Origin: an uncultured Gammaproteobacteria bacterium
GTDB lineage: Bacteria; Patescibacteriota; Patescibacteriia; Patescibacteriales; UBA12075
Reading direction: 5' to 3'
NCBI GenBank assembly: GCA_964459725.1
Contig: CAYWNT010000006.1
Coordinates: 4,569-68,568, forward strand
DNA: 64,000 nt
Shown: positions 48,049-53,485 of the stretch, piece after piece
Layout of the letters: every line of letters starts with the position of its first letter
Position numbering within the stretch: the stretch's first letter is position 1
The notes under the pieces: model-generated
Seen by the model: only the letters and a program-made list of their open reading frames with translations
Databases searched by the model: none
Told to the model about the DNA's origin: nothing
Translations under genes and position numbers: made by a program

Positions 48049-48345
48049 ATGAAAACTACAGCCATAATAACTGTCATATCATTTTTGATACTAACAGCAA
48101 TTATCGTATTAATCAGATCTGTTTCAACAGATAATTACAACCCAGAAAAACCAGGCTATAAAGAGCTGTCTGAGTATCAAAAAGGAAAGACTAACGAATA
48201 TAAAGAGATGCCTGGGGATCTAAAAGGAAAAACTAACGAATATAAAAAGATGCCTGGAAATCCAGCAGGAAAAACTACCGAATATAAAGAGCTGTCTGGG
48301 AATGATGAATATACAGAAAAAGGAGGCATTACTAATTACCGATAA
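48049..48345 (+). CDS. Membrane-anchored/secreted repeat protein (98 aa) with three 14-aa GKTNEYKEMPG-type repeats
   Basis: N-terminal signal-anchor MKTTAIITVISFLILTAIIVLI. Three tandem 42-nt repeats at 48181-48306. The N- and C-termini are homologous to the 202-aa neighbour. Confidence 0.7.
   Translation: MKTTAIITVISFLILTAIIVLIRSVSTDNYNPEKPGYKELSEYQKGKTNEYKEMPGDLKGKTNEYKKMPGNPAGKTTEYKELSGNDEYTEKGGITNYR
48181..48306 (+). repeat. 3 x 42-nt in-frame tandem repeat
   Basis: KGKTNEYKEMPGDL / KGKTNEYKKMPGNP / AGKTTEYKELSGND, with near-identical nucleotide units. Confidence 0.85.
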
Positions 48346-48400
48346 AAGATTGAAAAGCAATTGATAAAAAGCGCGAAGAGCTATATGGGTATAAAAATAT

Positions 48401-48468
48401 ACCAAGGCTATTAGTCCAAAATAATTTATCAGTACATTTTCAAGAAATCAAAAACTTTATAATTTAAA
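48401..48468 (+). promoter_or_regulatory. Conserved upstream element, copy 2 (before the 202-aa gene)
   Basis: accaaggctattagtccaaaataatttatcagtacattttcaagaaatcaaaaacttt... See copy 1. Confidence 0.7.
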
Positions 48469-48479
48469 TTACAATATTT

Positions 48480-49088
48480 ATGAAAACTACAAAAAAAACT
48501 ACAGCTATAATAGCTATCACATCACTTTTAGTGCTAACATCACTTATTGTATTATCCAGATCTGTTTTGGCAGATAATTACAAACCCGAAAAACAAGATA
48601 TAGTATTTTCTGAAAACTATTCCGAAGAAGACTTTGATACAGGATTTTATTTTTCCCCTTCTGAAGATATAACCGAGGGTATTATCTCAGAAGAAGATTG
48701 GAACACTCTTTCCATGAAACAAATTGACGAAAAATTAAAAGCTGCAGGAATAGAAACAGAACTTGTTGATCATCGCGATCCGCTTTACAACCTAACTCCG
48801 GCCGAGATGGATAAATTGACAGAAGCTCAGTGGGAGGAAATTGATAAGAAGTTGATTGAAATTTATGGAGAAGATTTTTTTTACGAAGATTTTGAATGCG
48901 AAGATGAAGATTGTGAAATTGAATTTTATAAATCAGCAGGAGAGGTAAGCAGCACTAATTTTTATTCTCATCCAACTCAATACAGCACAACTGACGGTAA
49001 AAATTACGTTGAATATACTGGTGACGAAGAAATAACCGGAGTTAACGAATATACAGAAAAAGGAGTCAATACTTATTATCGAAAATAG
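48480..49088 (+). CDS. Membrane-anchored acidic protein (202 aa), paralogous to the kinase sensor domain
   Basis: Signal-anchor MKTTKKTTAIIAITSLLVLTSLIVL. IISEEDWNTLSMKQIDEKLKAAGIETELVDHRDPLYNLTPAEMDKL matches kinase residues ~71-116. A second WEEIDKKLIE copy is present. The tail NEYTEKGVNTYYRK matches the 98-aa protein. Confidence 0.75.
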   Translation: MKTTKKTTAIIAITSLLVLTSLIVLSRSVLADNYKPEKQDIVFSENYSEEDFDTGFYFSPSEDITEGIISEEDWNTLSMKQIDEKLKAAGIETELVDHRDPLYNLTPAEMDKLTEAQWEEIDKKLIEIYGEDFFYEDFECEDEDCEIEFYKSAGEVSSTNFYSHPTQYSTTDGKNYVEYTGDEEITGVNEYTEKGVNTYYRK

Positions 49089-49113
49089 ATTAACCAACCG
49101 TGCTGATTTAAAA

Positions 49114-49141
49114 AACCTCTCACTTTGTGTGGGAGGTTTTT
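49114..49141 (+). terminator. Rho-independent terminator after the 202-aa gene
   Basis: aacctctcac (49114-49123) pairs with gtgggaggtt (49129-49138), followed by a T-run. Confidence 0.75.
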
Positions 49142-49173
49142 GACATAGATACATTCTCTATAAAATGGAATTT

Positions 49174-49297
49174 CCTCCCAAGGCGGACAGGCACTCTCCA
49201 TGGCGACGGGCAGGCCCTCCTGCTGCGCGGCGGGTTTATCCACCGGGAGGCGGGCAGGCATTCCATAGTATATTCTACCTGCGGCAGAAGTGTGTTG
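49174..49297. repeat. GC-rich intergenic repeat, copy B (longest copy)
   Basis: cctcccaaggcggacaggcactctccatggcgacgggcaggccctcctgctgcgcggcgggtttatccaccgggaggcgggcaggcattccatagtatattctacctgcggcagaagtgtgttg. The 3' part equals copy A and the middle part equals the core at 3517-3544. It looks like about four degenerate 22-24-nt units starting GCGG(G)CAGGC. Confidence 0.85.
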
Positions 49298-49307
49298 ATA
49301 AATAAAA

Positions 49308-49331
49308 AAGGCCATCGAATTCAATGGCCTT
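49308..49331 (-). terminator. Rho-independent terminator for the minus-strand small-gene unit
   Basis: aaggccat pairs with atggcctt. The A-run on the plus side gives a U-tract on the minus strand. Confidence 0.7.
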
Positions 49332-49361
49332 GTACTTAAAATATTACGAAGGTAGTTTTAT

Positions 49362-49553
49362 TTAACCGCCTTCTTTGATAATCAGCGCAATCGCTTTTGC
49401 GTTTTTGTCATCTGGGGTGGTTTTTTTTAGAAAAGCTTCCAGCTCTTCAATTGTAAGATCTCCCAGGAGCACGAAAAATGCTCCAAAAACACTCATGGGA
49501 GTTGCCCCAGGCTCTCCGTTAACACTCTGCCGAAAAGCATCTCTTATTTTCAT
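49362..49553 (-). CDS. Hypothetical protein (63 aa), SD-led
   Basis: aaaaacaggagggagttATG (start 49553, inside track ORF 49362..49577). MKIRDAFRQSVNGEPGATPMSVFGAFFVLLGDLTIEELEAFLKK... Confidence 0.6.
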   Translation of the reverse strand: MKIRDAFRQSVNGEPGATPMSVFGAFFVLLGDLTIEELEAFLKKTTPDDKNAKAIALIIKEGG

Positions 49554-49605
49554 AACTCCCTCCTGTTTTTCCTTCAATCAACGGAAAGAAATATAGTTAT
49601 TTGGG

Positions 49606-49806
49606 CTAGTCGAGCGGTGTTTCACCGATTGAAACTGCTTCGTCGAATTCAACTTCGTCTCGCATCTGATCAACGAGTTTCTGAGAAATTTTAGCAGCTA
49701 CAGACATTTTTACCTTGTCTCTCTTTGTAATTGTTACTTTATGCTTTAGTAGAAATTCAATTACTTTGTCATAATCATCATGGCAGCAAGTGTCAATATA
49801 TCGCAT
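49606..49806 (-). CDS. Small protein (66 aa), SD-led; paralogue of 49965..50171
   Basis: acaaggaggataaatATG. MRYIDTCCHDDYDKVIEFLLKHKVTITKRDKVKMSVAAKISQKL... Confidence 0.65.
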   Translation of the reverse strand: MRYIDTCCHDDYDKVIEFLLKHKVTITKRDKVKMSVAAKISQKLVDQMRDEVEFDEAVSIGETPLD

Positions 49807-49913
49807 ATTTATCCTCCTTGTTGTGCGCCTTATCAATAATTTTGGTTTATTATTCTTTTTAGCATAAGATTTGAAAAAAATCAATACATTTGTACGGATT
49901 CACTATAAAAAAA

Positions 49914-49942
49914 CCGCCTCTATACTTTTCAGCATGAGGCGG
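49914..49942 (-). terminator. Rho-independent terminator between the two paralogues
   Basis: ccgcctc (49914-49920) pairs with gaggcgg (49936-49942). The A-run at 49906-49913 gives a minus-strand U-tract. Confidence 0.75.
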
Positions 49943-49964
49943 GAGCAGTTGGTCTGCTTAGTCC

Positions 49965-50171
49965 TTATTGTTGCCAGAGCGGAGCTTTTCCAATGGTAAA
50001 GTTGTGCATGAGCTTAATTTCGTTTTCCATCCGGTTAGTAAGGCTCTTAGGCACCTTCGCGGCTATTGTCATCCTTAGCTTGTCTCTTGCGGCAATTGTT
50101 ACATTGTTTTTTTGCAAAAAACTGATTACTTTTCCAAAATCTCCATCTGAGCAAGTGTCAAAGTACGTCAT
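49965..50171 (-). CDS. Small protein (68 aa), SD-led; paralogue of 49606..49806
   Basis: atatggagggtaatcATG. MTYFDTCSDGDFGKVISFLQKNNVTIAARDKLRMTIAAKVPKSL... Confidence 0.65.
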   Translation of the reverse strand: MTYFDTCSDGDFGKVISFLQKNNVTIAARDKLRMTIAAKVPKSLTNRMENEIKLMHNFTIGKAPLWQQ

Positions 50172-50278
50172 GATTACCCTCCATATTCTTTTACTTCTTT
50201 ATTGTTATACGATAAACAACAGCCACTCTTATCAGAATTATGATAAACGACTGTTAGTAAAATGGTGTTACTCCTTGG

Positions 50279-50419
50279 TTATTTTTGTTTTTTTTGAAAT
50301 TTTACAATTTCTCCGTTATTAACCACAACTTCTATTTTGTTGGTGAAGTGAGCCATTGGGATAAAAATAATACATGCTGCAATCGATACAGCAAAAGTAA
50401 AAAGGACCAAGTTTTTCAT
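50279..50419 (-). CDS. Small signal-peptide-like protein (46 aa), SD-led
   Basis: Below the track cutoff. caaggggggaaacaATG. MKNLVLFTFAVSIAACIIFIPMAHFTNKIEVVVNNGEIVKFQKKQK. Confidence 0.45.
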   Translation of the reverse strand: MKNLVLFTFAVSIAACIIFIPMAHFTNKIEVVVNNGEIVKFQKKQK

Positions 50420-50551
50420 TGTTTCCCCCCTTGTTTTATTATCTATAATTTATCACTCAGCTCGAAGAAAGTCAAATGAGGGCCTTGTTTTTATGAATTA
50501 GGCCGAAATTAAGCGGAAAAACATTATGTGAAGTGCCGACTAGATTGGTGA

Positions 50552-50579
50552 CTTGCAAAACTTCTTGTTATTATTAGAA
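50552..50579 (+). promoter_or_regulatory. Putative promoter of the four-ORF cassette
   Basis: TTGCAA (50552-50557), 16-nt spacer, TAGAAT (50574-50579). It lies upstream of, and outside, the left inverted repeat. Confidence 0.4.
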
Positions 50580-50606
50580 TTTAGTGATAAATTAAAAGTG
50601 TTCTTA

Positions 50607-50630
50607 AAAAATTAAAAAATCAGAATTGGG
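50607..50630. repeat. Left arm of a perfect 24-bp inverted repeat
   Basis: aaaaattaaaaaatcagaattggg is the exact reverse complement of 51611-51634. Confidence 0.9.
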
Positions 50631-50655
50631 CTTAAAACATAAGAGGAGGTTAATT

Positions 50656-50916
50656 ATGTCTGATGAAATAAATAGTTTTCTTTTAAAGAGAGTTTTGAGT
50701 GCGAAATTTATTGGATTCCCGACTGATAATGCAACCATTGAAAGAGTAAAAACACTGTTGCCAGCTTCATCCAGACATTTGCTTTGTGAAACAGATCTGC
50801 AAATTGGAATTGACGATGATGTTTTAGATGATATTAATATGACTCTTTCTTTGCACGATGGCAGACTGGATTCATTTTCAGAAAAAATTAGCTCAGTGCT
50901 TAAAGAAAGGAAATAG
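50656..50916 (+). CDS. Hypothetical acidic protein (86 aa), SD-led; cassette ORF 1
   Basis: ataagaggaggttaattATG. The track ORF opens at TTG 50626. Confidence 0.65.
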   Translation: MSDEINSFLLKRVLSAKFIGFPTDNATIERVKTLLPASSRHLLCETDLQIGIDDDVLDDINMTLSLHDGRLDSFSEKISSVLKERK

Positions 50917-50933
50917 CAGAAGGAGATAATGTA

Positions 50934-51152
50934 ATGGGAAAGTTGAAAGACTTAAATCTGTCAGGCAAGACTGCTGTTCTCGGCAAGGACGAATCAGAGG
51001 TTGGAAGTTTAAGTGATAAAGGTTGGAGGCGAGTCGTTAGGTGTGGGAGCTTTTTAGGATGGCTTCCGCCGACATGGACAGGGGATAATACCACTATGCA
51101 CACAACTGAAACAGCAGTTGAGGCACAGAGATTTTATGAGTCCAGGTATTAG
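50934..51152 (+). CDS. Hypothetical protein (72 aa), SD-led; cassette ORF 2
   Basis: agaaggagataatgtaATG. Trp-rich (GWRRVVRCGSFLGWLPPTWTG). Locally high GC. Confidence 0.65.
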   Translation: MGKLKDLNLSGKTAVLGKDESEVGSLSDKGWRRVVRCGSFLGWLPPTWTGDNTTMHTTETAVEAQRFYESRY

Positions 51153-51202
51153 AAACGCTTTTTGTCAGTCATAACAAATTTTATCCAAACAGAGAGGGCA
51201 CC

Positions 51203-51343
51203 ATGAAAGGAATAATTAGTTTTTTCAAAGAGTTCTTTATGGAAAAAGAATTGCTGCGCTGTCCAAAGTCGGGCGAGCTGGAAATAGATCCTGATGAACT
51301 CACAGATTGCGTTGATTGCTCTAGAGAATATTATGGAAAATAA
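51203..51343 (+). CDS. Small Cys-containing protein (46 aa); cassette ORF 3
   Basis: Below the track cutoff. agagagggcaccATG. MKGIISFFKEFFMEKELLRCPKSGELEIDPDELTDCVDCSREYYGK. Confidence 0.4.
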   Translation: MKGIISFFKEFFMEKELLRCPKSGELEIDPDELTDCVDCSREYYGK

Positions 51344-51377
51344 AAAATGAACTTAGTAATAAAAAGTGGGGTGTGTT

Positions 51378-51575
51378 ATGAGTATAAGAGAAAAGAAAAC
51401 AATTATTGCATTTTTGCCAGTAACCTTGCTTGTTCAACTTTTCATAGTAATTTTATCTGTGACGTATTATGGTGAAACTCCGAAAATTTCCGTATGCTAT
51501 TTTATTGGCGCATCATTAGTTTTGTGGTTTCTCGCCCTGGTAGACCCCCTAAGAATTGAAAGGGGCGACGGATAG
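51378..51575 (+). CDS. Small two-TM membrane protein (65 aa); cassette ORF 4
   Basis: ATG 51378 (the track ORF opens at GTG 51366). MSIREKKTIIAFLPVTLLVQLFIVILSV... Confidence 0.55.
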   Translation: MSIREKKTIIAFLPVTLLVQLFIVILSVTYYGETPKISVCYFIGASLVLWFLALVDPLRIERGDG

Positions 51576-51585
51576 TATTTAAAAA

Positions 51586-51611
51586 GCGTGAACGCAATCC
51601 TGCGTTCACGC
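51586..51611 (+). terminator. Perfect 10-bp GC-rich stem-loop at the cassette end
   Basis: gcgtgaacgc (51586-51595), loop aatcct, gcgttcacgc (51602-51611). Its last base is the first base of the right inverted-repeat arm. Confidence 0.6.
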
Positions 51612-51634
51612 CCAATTCTGATTTTTTAATTTTT
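51611..51634. repeat. Right arm of a perfect 24-bp inverted repeat
   Basis: cccaattctgattttttaattttt is the exact reverse complement of 50607-50630. Confidence 0.9.
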
Positions 51635-51674
51635 ATAATTAGATTAATATAATTAATAATTAATCGAAAAAAAT

Positions 51675-51956
51675 ATGAACAAATTTTGTCAAAGTTGCGG
51701 CATGCCGCTAAAAAAAGACCCTCAAAACGGAGGGACTGAAGCAGACGGAATAAAGAACCTTAAGTATTGCTCTTATTGTTATGAGGGCGGTGAGTTCAAA
51801 AGTCCAGAAATAGACACTCCGGAAAAAATGCAGAAATTTTGCATTGCGAAAATGAAAGAGCAGGGAATCCCAAGATTCATTGCCTGGGCTTTTACTCGAG
51901 GAATTCCAAGACTGGAAAGATGGAAAAAGAATGAGCCGTCTGATAAAAATAGCTAG
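51675..51956 (+). CDS. Zinc-ribbon domain protein (Zn_ribbon_2-like)
   Basis: CQSCGMPL...YCSYCYEGGEF N-terminal CxxC...CxxC. No SD. Confidence 0.7.
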   Translation: MNKFCQSCGMPLKKDPQNGGTEADGIKNLKYCSYCYEGGEFKSPEIDTPEKMQKFCIAKMKEQGIPRFIAWAFTRGIPRLERWKKNEPSDKNS

Positions 51957-52100
51957 GTAAATCCATTCAGCAAGATAGACTTTACAAAATAAAAAAGCAT
52001 GATAATGTCATAGATCAATCTATAAGCATTAATATAAATGTTTATATTTGGATATTTTTGCATTGAGTTTTATTATTCAAAAAATCCAAAGGAGGGGAAA

Positions 52101-52325
52101 ATGGCTGCAAAAAAATGTGCGGCTTATGTAATTGGATATTGGCGGAAAGGTCCTCGTTATTATGTTTGCACCGGTGAAAAACATGTGAAGGTAGACTACG
52201 ATGACGATATCGATCAAGTTTGCTATGCCAGAATAATAGGTTCATGTGACGGAATTGTATGCAAAGCGCCAAAACCGTTTACACCTAACCATATCAAATT
52301 CGCAGCTTTTACTGCCAAGTGGTAG
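52101..52325 (+). CDS. Hypothetical Cys-rich protein (74 aa), SD-led
   Basis: ccaaaggaggggaaaATG. Start inside track ORF 52038..52325. Confidence 0.6.
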   Translation: MAAKKCAAYVIGYWRKGPRYYVCTGEKHVKVDYDDDIDQVCYARIIGSCDGIVCKAPKPFTPNHIKFAAFTAKW

Positions 52326-52413
52326 CAGCTGTAACTGGAGGTATTGACTTGCTCAATGTCTCCTTTTTTATTTAAATAATCAATGATTATATATTTGTTT
52401 TTTAAAAAGAAAA

Positions 52414-52441
52414 AGAGCCTTGCATTGTTCTACAAGACTCT
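52414..52441. terminator. Bidirectional stem-loop between convergent small genes
   Basis: agagccttg pairs with caagactct (one mismatch). A-run upstream and T-run downstream. Confidence 0.5.
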
Positions 52442-52456
52442 GTTTTTTGAAAGATT

Positions 52457-52690
52457 TTAGTCTTTTTCCCAGTCAACTGGTAACCCATACTCTGGCCAGT
52501 AGACTCGAGGAATAACCTCAATTTCTTCGTCTGGATAAATATTTATATCATCCTTGGTGCGAGAGATAACTCCATTAACTATTGGAAAATGAAAAGTAAC
52601 TTGCCCCCATGCGGTAGCATAGTAAAACTTACCCTTGTGTACAAAAAAGCCATTTTGAAGATTAGCAAATGGCATCTTTTTGGTGGGCAT
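52457..52690 (-). CDS. Hypothetical protein (77 aa), SD-led
   Basis: ctaaaaaggaggattgaaATG. Start inside track ORF 52457..52768. Confidence 0.6.
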   Translation of the reverse strand: MPTKKMPFANLQNGFFVHKGKFYYATAWGQVTFHFPIVNGVISRTKDDINIYPDEEIEVIPRVYWPEYGLPVDWEKD

Positions 52691-52952
52691 TTCAATCCTC
52701 CTTTTTAGAACATCTATGTTAAAATTAGTAATTTGCGTGCAAATATTAACTATGATAACATTTTGCATTTTTTATGCCTTTCAAAATTGTAGCACGAAAT
52801 TAAACTTGTATCAAGTTAGGGAAGATTCAAGTTTTGTTATTTTTTTGCCTCTTTTGTTTTTAATGTTATAATTGAAAAGGCAAGACAATTAATCGTCCAA
52901 AAGGGGGTCAATAGGAAGATTTTGAAAAATATTCTTAATATAACCAAACATT

Positions 52953-53477
52953 ATGACACACCTAAATATTGAAATAAAGGCAAAATCAAATAACCATGAT
53001 AAGATTAGGGAAATTTTAAAATTGAAAAACGCTGAGTTCAAGGGCATTGATCATCAAATTGATACTTATTTTAAGGTAGATTTTGGTAGATTGAAATTAA
53101 GAGAAGGAAAAATTGAAAATTTTCTCATTCATTATCAACGAGAGAATAAAGAAGGGCCAAAACAATCAGATATAACCTTGTTTAAGTCCGAACCTGAATC
53201 TTCATTGAAAGAAATTTTAACAAAAGCATTAGGCGTTCTGGTTGTAGTTGATAAGAAAAGAGAAATATATTTTATTGATAATGTGAAGTTTCATATAGAC
53301 ATAGTTGAAAATCTGGGAACGTTTGTGGAGATTGAGGCAATTGACAATGATGGAAGTATTGGTAGGGATAAACTACTGGAACAATGCCAGTCTTTTCTTG
53401 ATTTATTTAATATTTCAAAGGAGGATTTGGTTTCAGTTTCTTATAGTGATTTGCTATTGGATCAAGATAGCACATAG
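52953..53477 (+). CDS. CYTH-domain protein / class IV adenylate cyclase (CyaB-like)
   Basis: N-terminal NIEIKAK (ExExK) signature, RLKLRE, FHIDIVENLGTFVEIEA, C-terminal SYSDLL. About 175 aa, as for CyaB-type enzymes. Confidence 0.8.
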   Translation: MTHLNIEIKAKSNNHDKIREILKLKNAEFKGIDHQIDTYFKVDFGRLKLREGKIENFLIHYQRENKEGPKQSDITLFKSEPESSLKEILTKALGVLVVVDKKREIYFIDNVKFHIDIVENLGTFVEIEAIDNDGSIGRDKLLEQCQSFLDLFNISKEDLVSVSYSDLLLDQDST

Positions 53478-53485
53478 AATAAATT

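Noticed and set aside
49076-49339. Track ORFs 49076..49324 (minus, 82 aa) and 49127..49339 (plus, 70 aa)
   Set aside because: Both lie on the GC-rich intergenic repeat and span two terminator hairpins. They have no SD or start context, and their length is what GC-rich sequence produces by chance in an AT-rich genome. Treated as repeat/ncRNA, not coding.
50446-50594. 12-bp inverted repeat taatttatcact (50446-50457) / agtgataaatta (50583-50594) across the divergent promoter region
   Set aside because: It is short and almost pure A/T. A chance occurrence in this composition cannot be excluded by eye, so it is not reported as an operator.
50607-51634. Classical insertion sequence or transposon
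   Set aside because: The inverted repeats are present, but none of the four enclosed ORFs (46-86 aa) can encode a transposase. I could not identify target-site duplications flanking the arms. Kept only as a generic inverted-repeat cassette finding.
5330-52950. tRNA, rRNA, tmRNA or riboswitch genes in the longer intergenic regions (5330-5690, 8440-8900, 16070-16300, 44500-44735, 45513-45755, 47690-48048, 50172-50655, 52770-52950)
   Set aside because: No cloverleaf-compatible acceptor or T-arm pairing and no conserved rRNA or riboswitch motif was recognisable by eye. A tRNAscan or Infernal run would be needed to be certain.
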